Shown here piece after piece: positions 1-9,092 of a stretch of 64,000 nt of DNA. This DNA comes from a virus. Taxonomy: Duplodnaviria > Caudoviricetes. Below the pieces are notes generated by a model that ran no database searches, was not told the origin of the DNA, and was given only the letters and a program-made list of their open reading frames with translations. Positions within the stretch are counted from its first letter, which is position 1, and every line of letters begins with the position of its first letter. The stretch is from the IMG/VR virus record IMGVR_UViG_3300036827_000134, positions 22-64,021 of that record, one strand, 5' to 3'. A program made the translations under genes and the position numbers.

Positions 1-115
1 CGCGTCGTCATTGACTTAGGAGCCAGGGCCATGGCTGACGACCGTCACTTTATTGGCGGAGATAACTATATTTTAGACGATATCTCAGGTTTTAAGATAA
101 GAGCCACCCGCGCGC
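1..115. repeat. Direct terminal repeat, left copy (genome circularity/terminal redundancy)
   Basis: 1-115 equals 63886-64000 except A106 vs T63991. Confidence 0.97.
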
Positions 116-567
116 GCATCATTCCAGGTGGCCAGACCGGGAACCTCGCGGTAGCGCCGGAGCGGTGGGAACCGCAGCAACCGCAGGACTTTGTCACCGG
201 CGTTTATGACGATCAGACCGTGGATTTGGCGCGGCCGCGCCAGACCAACCAATTCGTCATCACAGGGACTTTCGTGACTGCGCCATCAGCATCGCGCGCC
301 AACACGATCACGGTCGACAGCACCGTAGGTTTCCAGGCGACAAGCCTCGTGCAGATCATGCTCGATAGCGGCGACAACTTTCAGACACAGGTGCTGTCGG
401 TCGCCGGAAACGTCATGACGCTGACCAACCCGTTGCCGGCATCGGTTGGTAGCCTCTACGGCGATCCCATCGAGAACTCGGTGTTGCTGCTGCAATACTC
501 CGCCTCGGCTGGGTTCTTCGTGCTCGACAGTGCCAACGGTATCCTCAATTACAATGTGCTCGCATGA
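31..567 (+). CDS. Virion (neck-region) protein carrying the shared ~70-aa inserted beta domain
   Basis: RBS-like AGGAG/AGGG upstream; N-terminal DDISGFK...WEPQQPQDFV motif typical of small podophage head-completion genes; ATGA-coupled to next gene. Confidence 0.6.
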   Translation: MADDRHFIGGDNYILDDISGFKIRATRARIIPGGQTGNLAVAPERWEPQQPQDFVTGVYDDQTVDLARPRQTNQFVITGTFVTAPSASRANTITVDSTVGFQATSLVQIMLDSGDNFQTQVLSVAGNVMTLTNPLPASVGSLYGDPIENSVLLLQYSASAGFFVLDSANGILNYNVLA

Positions 568-1508
568 CATTTAATCCCGGCGACACCCTGACCGCTGCGG
601 AAATGAACCAACTGGTCCCGCCGAGCGGGGCATTGCTTGGGGGTACCGGAACAACATTTTCGATCGTCAATCTCGGTAGCGGACTCGCTCTGAGCGGCGG
701 CACACTCGATGCGGACTGGCAGCTGGGAACCGTCACTGCGCTCCTCGGGCTTGCAGTTGTTTCGGGTAGCTTGGAAGCCCAGTGGCAAGGGCCGACCATC
801 ACAGCGCTTGGGTCTGGCGTCTCCGGGAGCGGTGGGACCCTGACCGCAACGGGATCGGGAGGTTCCGTTACCCAGGTTGACACCGGTGCCGGCCTCACGG
901 GTGGTCCAATCTCCTCGTCAGGTACGGTGTCGTTTGCGGCAATCGCTGCAGCGTCGCTGATCGCCAATGCATCGTCAGCCAGCGCGGTGCCGTCAGCCGT
1001 GCCGCTCGGGGCGGGCCTCGCGTTCTCCGGAAGTTCGCTCGCCGCCAACTATCAGGCCGGCACACTGGCGAGTTTCGCAACGGGCTTGTCGCTGGTCGGC
1101 ACCGCGTTGGCACCCGCGGTCGCCGCGGCCGGTAACGGCATCGCGATAAACTCCGGCACCATCTCGATCGACAACTCCCAGACCTTGACGGGTGCAGTCG
1201 CCGGAACGCTGACCATCGCACCGGCGAGTGGCATAGACAACGTGCTGGTTAATATGCCGACGGCCTCTGGTACGGTGACACTCGCTGCATCGCCGGCCTA
1301 TCCGTTCCAAAAGACCCTGCTGAACATTAAGCAGGGTTCGACACCGCAGAGCGTGGCGCTCAACAGCGGTTTTGTCTTTGCCACCTCTGGCGGCCCGACA
1401 GGTTACACCGCCACCGCCACCGCCAGCGCGCGAGACATCCTCGGCCTCTATTCGCCTGACGGTACGCACTGGCTTGTCGACGGTATGCTGCAGGGGGTCA
1501 CCATTTGA
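564..1508 (+). CDS. Tail/head fibre-like structural protein
   Basis: Gly/Ser/Thr-rich repeats (LGSGLALSGGTL; GSVTQVDTGAGLTGGPISSSGTVS) typical of fibre shafts. Confidence 0.6.
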   Translation: MTFNPGDTLTAAEMNQLVPPSGALLGGTGTTFSIVNLGSGLALSGGTLDADWQLGTVTALLGLAVVSGSLEAQWQGPTITALGSGVSGSGGTLTATGSGGSVTQVDTGAGLTGGPISSSGTVSFAAIAAASLIANASSASAVPSAVPLGAGLAFSGSSLAANYQAGTLASFATGLSLVGTALAPAVAAAGNGIAINSGTISIDNSQTLTGAVAGTLTIAPASGIDNVLVNMPTASGTVTLAASPAYPFQKTLLNIKQGSTPQSVALNSGFVFATSGGPTGYTATATASARDILGLYSPDGTHWLVDGMLQGVTI

Positions 1509-2527
1509 CCACGGTCACGGTCCTGCTCACGTCTGGCACGACATGGGCGGTGCCTGCTGATTGGACGACCGCAGGCAGCACGATCGAGTGCAGAGGAGGC
1601 GGGGGTTCTCCCTCCACCTGGGATACCTCGCACTTCGCGTCTCTTGGCGGTGGAGGAGGCGCTTATTCGAAATCCGTTGCCCAGGCCCTCACGCCTAGCG
1701 CGACGGTGAACATCAACATCGGTTCGGGCGGCGTTCCCGCGCTGACCAGCAACACGGATGGTCCCGCGGGCGGCGACACCTGGATCGCGAACAACAATAC
1801 CGCCGTCAATATCTCTTCGTCTGGCGTGATTTGCGGCGCCAAAGGTGGCTCTGGCGCAAGTCACGGCGGCTTCGGAACAGGGTCAGGCGGCGCAGGCGGT
1901 GCCGCAGCATCGGGCGTCGCCTTGGGTACCGGGAATATCAAGACGAGCGGCGGCGCGGGCGGCGGCAACAGCGGCACATCCAGTGCAGGCGGCGGCGCGG
2001 GCGGATCGGGTGGAAACGGGGGATTGGCCGGCTCCGGGGGTTCCGGCTCCCAAGGAGGCGCAGCCGGAGGAGCAGGAGCGGACGCTGGCCCAGGTGGCTC
2101 TGCGGGAGGCGGCAACGCTCCCGGCACCAGCGTGGGTGCAACCGGCGGATTCAATACCGCTGGTGGTATCGGCAGCGCAGGGGTTGGAGCACCGTCGAAC
2201 GGCGTCGCGGGAGGTAATGGTACCGCAGGCGGCGGAGGCGGCGGCGGTTTCGGCGGCACGTCGTCAACCGGTGGTAATGGCGGCGATGGTCAGGAGTGGG
2301 GCGCCAACTTCGGTTCCGGCGGAGGCGGCGGTGTGGGCACGGGTTCGTCCCCTACCGTTTCGCTCGGCGGTAGCGGTGGCCGGTGGGGCGGCGGCGGAGG
2401 GGGCGGAGGTCAGGCCGGTCCCCCCACCTCTTCCCAGAAGCCAGGCAGCGGTGCGCAAGGGGCCATCCTGATTACTTACACCTCCTCGGGTGTTTCGTCC
2501 GCGCAAGGGCTTTGGTTCCACCATTGA
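1505..2527 (+). CDS. Glycine-rich fibre/receptor-binding protein
   Basis: TSGTTWAVPA...GGGG N-terminus and GSGAQGAILITY C-terminus of phage glycine-rich domains; TTG start coupled to previous stop. Confidence 0.75.
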   Translation: MTTVTVLLTSGTTWAVPADWTTAGSTIECRGGGGSPSTWDTSHFASLGGGGGAYSKSVAQALTPSATVNINIGSGGVPALTSNTDGPAGGDTWIANNNTAVNISSSGVICGAKGGSGASHGGFGTGSGGAGGAAASGVALGTGNIKTSGGAGGGNSGTSSAGGGAGGSGGNGGLAGSGGSGSQGGAAGGAGADAGPGGSAGGGNAPGTSVGATGGFNTAGGIGSAGVGAPSNGVAGGNGTAGGGGGGGFGGTSSTGGNGGDGQEWGANFGSGGGGGVGTGSSPTVSLGGSGGRWGGGGGGGGQAGPPTSSQKPGSGAQGAILITYTSSGVSSAQGLWFHH

Positions 2528-2536
2528 GAGTGAGCA

Positions 2537-3550
2537 ATGTCACAGACCACCAGCGGAACATTTTCGGGCTCACCGTCGATCATCACCCTGCTTAATGGGT
2601 CGATGCGCATTGCTCAGGTGATTGGTTCGGAGGAGACCGCCACTGGCGCGCAGCTGGCGAACGCCCTGGATGCCATGCGGGCCATGTGCAAAGGCTGGCA
2701 GGCCTCGGGTATCCACCTCTGGTGCGAGGAAGAGGGGATCCTGTTCGTTCAACCGGGTCAGACCCAGTACCAGATCGGCGCTGGTTCGCCTGACAAAGTA
2801 ACCCTCTGGGATTCGCTGATCCAGACATCGCTGACCGCGAACGCGGCCGCGGCCGCGACAACGATCAGTATCGCGTCCCTGACCGGCGTCCTTTCCGATC
2901 TCAACACGATCGCCGCCGGCTATCAGATCGGCATTCAAATGGCCGATGGCACCAACTTCTGGACCACGGTCAGCGGTGCGCCATCTGGCCTGGTCGTCAC
3001 ACTGGCCGATGCACTGCCGTCGCCGGCGCTGAACGGCGCGCTGGTCTTTGCCTATGCGACGCCGCTTTATCGTCCGCTCCGGGTCATGGGTGGCCGGCGC
3101 TACAATCTCGCCTCGCGGATCGACATTCAGATCAATATGTGGGCACGCCTCGATTACGCGAACCAGAGCAACAAGTACGTCACCGGCATTCCGACGGCGT
3201 TCTTTTATGATCCGCAGACCGGCAACGGGGCTTACTCGCAGGTGCGCGGCATATGGAACAGCTGGCCGACGCCGCAGGACAATACGAATGCCATGCGCTT
3301 CACGGCGCAGCGACCGATTCAGGATCTCGGCACGCTGGCCAACATCCCGGACTTTCCGGACGAATGGGACGCGGCGCTGAAGTGGAACCTGGCGCTCGAG
3401 ATCGGCCCGGAGAACGGCACGCCGGCAGAGCAATTGCAGATCATCGTCAAGCAGGCCGAGCGCTGGTACTCCATGGCAAAGGAGTGGGACCGGGAAAGCG
3501 AGTCGATCCGGTTCGGCGTCGCTACCTCGCGCGGCCAGAGCAGGGGCTAG
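2537..3550 (+). CDS. Head-to-tail adaptor (P22 gp4-like) with inserted beta domain
   Basis: ALDAMRAMCKGWQASGIHLW and FPDEWDAALKWNLALEIGPENG motifs; lies upstream of gp10-like gene. Confidence 0.7.
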   Translation: MSQTTSGTFSGSPSIITLLNGSMRIAQVIGSEETATGAQLANALDAMRAMCKGWQASGIHLWCEEEGILFVQPGQTQYQIGAGSPDKVTLWDSLIQTSLTANAAAAATTISIASLTGVLSDLNTIAAGYQIGIQMADGTNFWTTVSGAPSGLVVTLADALPSPALNGALVFAYATPLYRPLRVMGGRRYNLASRIDIQINMWARLDYANQSNKYVTGIPTAFFYDPQTGNGAYSQVRGIWNSWPTPQDNTNAMRFTAQRPIQDLGTLANIPDFPDEWDAALKWNLALEIGPENGTPAEQLQIIVKQAERWYSMAKEWDRESESIRFGVATSRGQSRG

Positions 3551-4110
3551 ATGGCCACACGGCGTCTCGTAATCGGGCCGCCCACGTGTTTCCATATGCG
3601 GCCGGAGCAAATAGCAGCGATATGGGAAACCTGGGCACAATGGTCTTTCGCGATTGTCTTGATCAGTTCGCCTTCCGCTCGTCGTACTCGCATACCCTGC
3701 ACTTGGCTATTAGAGAACTTCGCCAGAGCATGATACTCACCCGAAATTACACGGCGCCCGAGCACCCGGAACGCATGTTCCTGGTTGGCCGAGCTTGTGA
3801 GGTACTCAAGATTACTGGCAGCGCAATCAAGCTTGCGACCATTCTTGTGGTTGACCTCATGGCCGCTCGGACAAGGGCCGATGAAGGCGCAGGCGACCAG
3901 GACGTGGACGGACCTATCAACTCGACGTCGATCAGGAAGGCTAAGGCCGACCTTCAGGTACTTTCCTCGAAGCGATGGTTTGAGGATTCTACCCACGCAG
4001 CGACGCCGGCCAGAAATATCACTGCCGACAATACGGACTTGCCCGTCGTTCGAGACCTCGTATCTTCCGTCCGTCTCGGTTATTGGAAGCCATACAAGGC
4101 GGTTGGACAT
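3547..4110 (-). CDS. NUMOD4-HNH homing endonuclease
   Basis: WLPI...RYEVSNDGQVR (NUMOD4) and VHVLVACAFIG...VNHKNGRKLD...NLEY (HNH); AGAGGG RBS; antisense insertion in late operon. Confidence 0.9.
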   Translation of the reverse strand: MSNRLVWLPITETDGRYEVSNDGQVRIVGSDISGRRRCVGRILKPSLRGKYLKVGLSLPDRRRVDRSVHVLVACAFIGPCPSGHEVNHKNGRKLDCAASNLEYLTSSANQEHAFRVLGRRVISGEYHALAKFSNSQVQGMRVRRAEGELIKTIAKDHCAQVSHIAAICSGRIWKHVGGPITRRRVAI

Positions 4111-4140
4111 GACCCTCTTTATCCTGCGTAGGACGTAGCG

Positions 4141-5355
4141 GTGCCCCAAGTGGCCTGGGCGTCTCAGGCATACCAAGCCCGCAGTCCGCAGCTTCTCTCC
4201 CAGCAGGCGATCAACTGCTTTACAGAGCCTACACCCAAAGAAGGTAAAACGACAACACCGCTCTACGGCATCCCAGGCCTCTCTCTGTTCTCACGCATGG
4301 GCAACGGTCCGATCATCGGGCTGCATGTGATGAACCAGACACTGTTCATCCTTTCTGGGCGGCAACTATGGTCGATTGATTACGAGACGTTTCTTGAGAC
4401 GGCGCCGTGGTCGCCCGTCGCCGCCACCTTCATCGGCACCACGACGCTCGGTGGCCTCGCCTCGATGGCCGACAACACGCAACAGCTGGTGATGGTCGAC
4501 GGCAGCGCCGGTTGGGTCTACCAACCGGGTGGCCTCAACCAGGTAACGACCGCCACTGTCGCAGTCGGTGGAACGTCGATCCCCGCCAACATCATTGGCG
4601 TGCTTGGCCCCGGCGACGCGCTCCTCGTGGAGATGGACGACGGATCGGTGTTCCATACAACGGTGGCATCGGTGACCGCGACCAGCATCGCGTTGACCGA
4701 TGCGCTGCCCAGCCAATTAAGTGCCGGCGCCATCATCATCGACCCGACGAACGTGCTCGGTCAAATCACCGCGCCGGCCTTCAAAGCCGCCAACACAGTG
4801 CGGTACTTCGACGGTTACTTCGTCTTTAATGCCCGCAATACGCGGCAGTTTTTCATCTCAGGGATCAATGACGGCACGCAATATTCCGGCCTGGACTTCG
4901 CGACAGCTTCGGCCGGCAGCGATCTGCTTGTCTCTCTGGAAGTCTGGCACGAGCAATTGTTGCTGTTGTGCGAACGGCACACCGAGGTCTGGTGGGACTC
5001 GGGCAACGCATCGTTTCCGTTCCAGCGTTACGATGCCGCGCTGATCGCCCGCGGTCTGCCATTGGGCGCGCCGTACTGTGTCTGCTCCGAGGATAACACG
5101 GTCTTCTGGATGGGCGACGATGGCATTTTTTATCGTCTCGACAACTATGCGCCGAAGCGCATCAGCACCTACGCGATGGAAACCGCCTGGGCACAATATC
5201 CGCTGCGCTTCACTGACGCGTCCTGTTTTGTGCTGGATCAGGAAGGGCATAAGTTCATCATCATCAACTTTCCCTCGGGCGACGGAACGTGGTGTTACGA
5301 CATTTCCTCGGGGTTGTGGCATCAACGCGTGAGTTACGGCACGGCGTGGGTGTGA
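4141..5355 (+). CDS. Tail hub/DNA stabilisation protein (P22 gp10-like), N-terminal part
   Basis: LYGIPGL, SMADN, YFDGYFVF, TEVWWDSG..FPFQR, QEGHKF..NFPS..TWCYD..GLWHQR motifs. Confidence 0.85.
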   Translation: MPQVAWASQAYQARSPQLLSQQAINCFTEPTPKEGKTTTPLYGIPGLSLFSRMGNGPIIGLHVMNQTLFILSGRQLWSIDYETFLETAPWSPVAATFIGTTTLGGLASMADNTQQLVMVDGSAGWVYQPGGLNQVTTATVAVGGTSIPANIIGVLGPGDALLVEMDDGSVFHTTVASVTATSIALTDALPSQLSAGAIIIDPTNVLGQITAPAFKAANTVRYFDGYFVFNARNTRQFFISGINDGTQYSGLDFATASAGSDLLVSLEVWHEQLLLLCERHTEVWWDSGNASFPFQRYDAALIARGLPLGAPYCVCSEDNTVFWMGDDGIFYRLDNYAPKRISTYAMETAWAQYPLRFTDASCFVLDQEGHKFIIINFPSGDGTWCYDISSGLWHQRVSYGTAWV

Positions 5356-5364
5356 CGGCATTAA

Positions 5365-6510
5365 ATGGCGGATTATCAGGTCTATTTCAGACTCGACAAC
5401 GGCTCATGGTTCGGTTCGGCGCCGGGAGCTGATCCGGTCGCCAACACGGGCGGTATGGACCTGTCCGCGATGGCCGGCACGACGATGTATCCAGCGGTGC
5501 AAGGCACCGGCGATGCCGGCATTACCGTGAATTTCGGCGCGTCGGCGTTCTCTTTCCCGGTGCCGTCAGGATACGTGGCTGGCTGGCCGCACAGCGGCGG
5601 CGGCTTCACGACGCTCGATCCAAGCAAACTATTCGGAAGCGCTGCTCTGGGTAGCGGCAATTTGGTTGCCGGCTTTGCCACCGTGCCAGGCCTGGCGCAG
5701 GCGGTCGACGGCTACACCACCGGCAAATACTATTTCGAGTTGGTCAATCCGACCGGCGACCTCTTCTCAGCCGATTGGGGCGGGGGTATTGGCCAGAACT
5801 TCGCGGTTGGCGGAAACCTCAACGAATGGTTTAGCAACGGCCGATTTAGTTCAAGCAACAATCTGGGAGGCGGCCTGATCGGCGGCCAGAACCTTGCACA
5901 CGAGCTGTCGTCGCTGGCCGCGCTTGGCTCGAATGTCTTGTCCGATGTCTTTAATTTCGCAACAAACGCCAATCACATCGTTGGTGTCGCGGTGTTCCTT
6001 ACGAGCGCTCCGCCGCCGCCTCCGGCGCCCACGCCAGGCATCGTGGTGCCACCGAACCTCGGCCGCTGGCGAGGGCAGTGCGGCATCAACTGGAACGGGT
6101 TAGCCCTGGTCGGCGACGCATTTACCAATGTTGTCGGTTTGTCGAACTTCAATAGCTTCAACGAGTACGGCAACAAGATTCATATGCTGGCGACCTCGCC
6201 GCCGCTGCATGAGGATCGCAAGCGCATCTTTGTCTCTCGATTTGAGGTAGAGGTTGAGGCCGGCGAAGGTACGCCAGACCTGCCGCAGACCGCGCCGCTA
6301 CTCGTGCTCGATTACTCGAAAGACGGCGGCATAACCTTTGCGCCGTTGCAGCAATTTCGCTCGATGGGAACCGCCGGCGAATACATCAAGCGATTGCGGT
6401 GGATTAACTTAGGCCAGTCGCGCACCTGGATTTTTCGGATCCGCTATTCCGATGCGGCGCGGCCAGCCATCATCGGCACCTATTACGATTACTGGAAATC
6501 TTTAGGGTGA
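5365..6510 (+). CDS. Permuted SPRY-like domain fused to C-terminal part of gp10-like protein
   Basis: SPRY motifs (NGSW, YPAV, VNFGASAF..PSGY, GNL, GKYYFE, VGVAV), then Pro linker and GRWRG...YSKDGGITF...GEY..RLRW.NLGQSR gp10 C-terminus. Confidence 0.8.
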   Translation: MADYQVYFRLDNGSWFGSAPGADPVANTGGMDLSAMAGTTMYPAVQGTGDAGITVNFGASAFSFPVPSGYVAGWPHSGGGFTTLDPSKLFGSAALGSGNLVAGFATVPGLAQAVDGYTTGKYYFELVNPTGDLFSADWGGGIGQNFAVGGNLNEWFSNGRFSSSNNLGGGLIGGQNLAHELSSLAALGSNVLSDVFNFATNANHIVGVAVFLTSAPPPPPAPTPGIVVPPNLGRWRGQCGINWNGLALVGDAFTNVVGLSNFNSFNEYGNKIHMLATSPPLHEDRKRIFVSRFEVEVEAGEGTPDLPQTAPLLVLDYSKDGGITFAPLQQFRSMGTAGEYIKRLRWINLGQSRTWIFRIRYSDAARPAIIGTYYDYWKSLG

Positions 6511-7004
6511 TTGTCACCATCGAGCGCCTGAAGGAGGTTTTGCACTACGATCCTTCGTCGGGAGCCTTCAGATGGCGCGCGCGACGGCGGTTTTGTAGGT
6601 ACGGGGCAGGAGACATCGCGGGCACAGACAACGGCAATTATTGGATCATCCGGATCGACGGCGAAGGCTACAAGGCGCACCGCCTGGCGTGGTTCTACAC
6701 ATACGGAGCGTGGCCGAAACGCCTGGACCATCGCGATACCGATAAGCTGAATAATCGACTCGCTAATCTAAGGCTCGCAACGAACGCTCAGAATGTCGCC
6801 AATGTCGGCTTGAGGGCGAACAGCACGACAGGCATCAAAGGGGTTCGTTACGTTCCAAAAGGCCGAAGGCGAAAATGGAATGCCCAGATGACCGAGAAGG
6901 GAAAAACTCGCAATCTGGGATGGTTCTTCACCGCCGAAGAAGCGACCGTCGCTTATCGCGAAGCGGCGCAGCAGGCGTTCGGCGAGTTCGCGAGGTTCGA
7001 ATGA
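6507..7004 (+). CDS. HNH-AP2 homing endonuclease
   Basis: LHYDPSSG, YKAHRLAWFY..G.WP..LDHRD...NNRLANLRLAT, AP2-like LGWFFTAEEA..AY...FGEFAR. Confidence 0.92.
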   Translation: MIVTIERLKEVLHYDPSSGAFRWRARRRFCRYGAGDIAGTDNGNYWIIRIDGEGYKAHRLAWFYTYGAWPKRLDHRDTDKLNNRLANLRLATNAQNVANVGLRANSTTGIKGVRYVPKGRRRKWNAQMTEKGKTRNLGWFFTAEEATVAYREAAQQAFGEFARFE

Positions 7005-7435
7005 GCGGTACTGGCCAGTCGAACACACAGGCGCCGACGCGGCTCACGCCGATCGTCCTCGACCAACCAATCGTTGACGCGCGGACCGGGCAACCGACGC
7101 CGTATTTTGGCCAGATGATCCAGCGGATCCTGTCTTACCTCGGCCAACCGGCCACGTCGTCGTCCGGCGGCGGGGGTTCGGGCAGCGGCCTGACGATCAC
7201 GGAACAAATCACCAACCTGAACACACAGGTCGAGGTGCTGCAGGCTCAGGCCGCCGGCAACACGCCGCAAAGCGGGACGATCTCACGCCTGTCTTCGCTC
7301 GAGGTCGCGTTCCGGAATCTTCTGCGGTTCAACCGACCGCCGCCGTCGGCCGCGCTGCGCATCCTGGTACCGGCCGCACCGCCACCGCCGCCGAACCTGA
7401 CACCCGCCATGATACTTTCCTGGTGGAATCAATGA
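7001..7435 (+). CDS. Tail plug/needle-like small structural protein
   Basis: PIVD.RTGQPT.YF N-terminus followed by short coiled coil; position after gp10-like gene. Confidence 0.5.
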   Translation: MSGTGQSNTQAPTRLTPIVLDQPIVDARTGQPTPYFGQMIQRILSYLGQPATSSSGGGGSGSGLTITEQITNLNTQVEVLQAQAAGNTPQSGTISRLSSLEVAFRNLLRFNRPPPSAALRILVPAAPPPPPNLTPAMILSWWNQ

Positions 7436-8664
7436 TCCTCGACACCACAAGCAAGGTGCTCCGGATCGTCCTGGGCGAGAACCACACCACCAATCAATGC
7501 AAGTGCGTGTCATCGTGGACCGAAGGTGCCGCGCCCAATATCTTCAATCCCGGCAACACCAACATCCTGACCAACGACACAACTCCCGTCATCGTTGTCG
7601 GTGCACCTTCGAAAGCCGGCCGTTACCGCGATGCCCGCGAGGTGCGCGTCAACAACAACGATACGGTGACGCACACCATTACCTTGCAGATTTACGACGG
7701 CGCGACCGCGTGGCCGATCGCTCCATCGAATGTGTCTGTCCCGGCCGGCGGAGCGTTTGTCTACACGCCTGAGGCCAGCATCACGGTCGTTCAAAGCGGC
7801 GGCACGACCGCAGGCATCACCGTGGTCGACGGCAATGGCACGACGATCAACGGTGTCACCAGCCTGACCTTGGCCGGTCCGACGGTGACCGGTTCGTCGC
7901 CAAACGCGACAGCGACACTGGTACCTCGAGGCTACATCGACGGCCTACAGATTACCGTTGCGAGTACCACCAGTTTTGCGGCTTCGGCGGGACAAGCGAC
8001 ATCGTCTGATGGCACGGCGGTGATGAACCTGGCCTCGGCAATCACCAAGCTGACCGGAGGCACATGGGTCGCCGGCAACAATCAGAACGGACTCGATACC
8101 GGCACGATCGCCAATTCGACCACGTATCACGCCTATTTGATTTTCAATCCCAGCACGCTGGTCACCGACGTTCTATTTTCGACGAACGCGACGACGCCAT
8201 CGCTGCCTTCCGGCTTTACGAAATTCCGGCGGATTTTCAGCTTCTACACGGGGGCATCCACTGCGCCGCTGGTCACGGTCATCCAGAACGGAGACCGGTT
8301 TGACCTGGGCACGCCGATTCAGGACACTTTGGGCACCCCCGGCGTCACCACAGCGTTGACCCAAACCCTGAGTGTCCCGACCGGTATTGTCGTGGAGGCA
8401 ATTCTCAGTGGGTTTTTGTTGGATGCCACCGGCAGCAATACGGCGCTTTATCTGTCATCGCTGGCGCAGACCAACGTGGCGGCGGGCGCCGGTTTGGCAA
8501 TGACAACGGAGCAAGGCGCGGCAGCGGCTACAGGGCTTGGTACCTATTCAGGATTTCGAGTTATAACGGATACAGCGGCTGGGATCAGAAGGCGTGTCAG
8601 CACCACCACCGCACAAATACTTATCGTCACCAACGGCTGGATCGACCGACGCGGCAAGCAGTGA
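7432..8664 (+). CDS. Tail fibre/spike protein
   Basis: Thr/beta-rich; GLDTGTIANSTTYHAYLI...LPSGFTKFRRI motif of phage tail proteins. Confidence 0.65.
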   Translation: MILDTTSKVLRIVLGENHTTNQCKCVSSWTEGAAPNIFNPGNTNILTNDTTPVIVVGAPSKAGRYRDAREVRVNNNDTVTHTITLQIYDGATAWPIAPSNVSVPAGGAFVYTPEASITVVQSGGTTAGITVVDGNGTTINGVTSLTLAGPTVTGSSPNATATLVPRGYIDGLQITVASTTSFAASAGQATSSDGTAVMNLASAITKLTGGTWVAGNNQNGLDTGTIANSTTYHAYLIFNPSTLVTDVLFSTNATTPSLPSGFTKFRRIFSFYTGASTAPLVTVIQNGDRFDLGTPIQDTLGTPGVTTALTQTLSVPTGIVVEAILSGFLLDATGSNTALYLSSLAQTNVAAGAGLAMTTEQGAAAATGLGTYSGFRVITDTAAGIRRRVSTTTAQILIVTNGWIDRRGKQ

Positions 8665-8753
8665 TCGCGTTTGCCTTCGGACCCTTCACCTGATACTCAA
8701 ACGGTCCGGCGTAAGGAGCGCCTCCCGTCCAGAGATCAGGATGAGAGCCCTAC

Positions 8754-9092
8754 ATGACCTCGCCGGTCCAACAGATTATCGAAATGCAGCAGCTGACCGG
8801 CGCAGCGGCGATGTACTACACGTCGCCCGTCGGGGTCTGGACCCAGATCATCTCGCTCGGCGCGCTCAACGTCGACACCGCCGTTCATTCGGTCACCATC
8901 TATATCGTCCCGAACGGTAGCGTAGCGGGAGCGAGCACGCTGAGCACACAGGCTTTTACGTTACTCCCGGGCCAAAACTACAACGGGCAGAACGAGTACG
9001 GCATGGTGCTCAATCCCAGCGATGCGATCTGGGCGCTGGCCGATACCGGCAGCGTGGTCAACATCCAGGCCTCGGGATTGTTGAACACCTGA
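8754..9092 (+). CDS. Small beta-rich virion protein
   Basis: YTSP...NVDT...LNPSDAIWALA pattern; late operon. Confidence 0.55.
   Translation: MTSPVQQIIEMQQLTGAAAMYYTSPVGVWTQIISLGALNVDTAVHSVTIYIVPNGSVAGASTLSTQAFTLLPGQNYNGQNEYGMVLNPSDAIWALADTGSVVNIQASGLLNT

Noticed and set aside
5353-5367. Stop-codon readthrough or recoding joining the two gp10-like ORFs
   Set aside because: The ORFs are in the same frame but separated by two stops (TGA and TAA), and other genes use all three stops normally
8710-8721. 12-mer CGTAAGGAGCGC shared with 60172-60183 in two hairpin-containing late intergenic regions
   Set aside because: Only two copies of a 12-mer, compatible with chance. Worth revisiting only if conserved in relatives.
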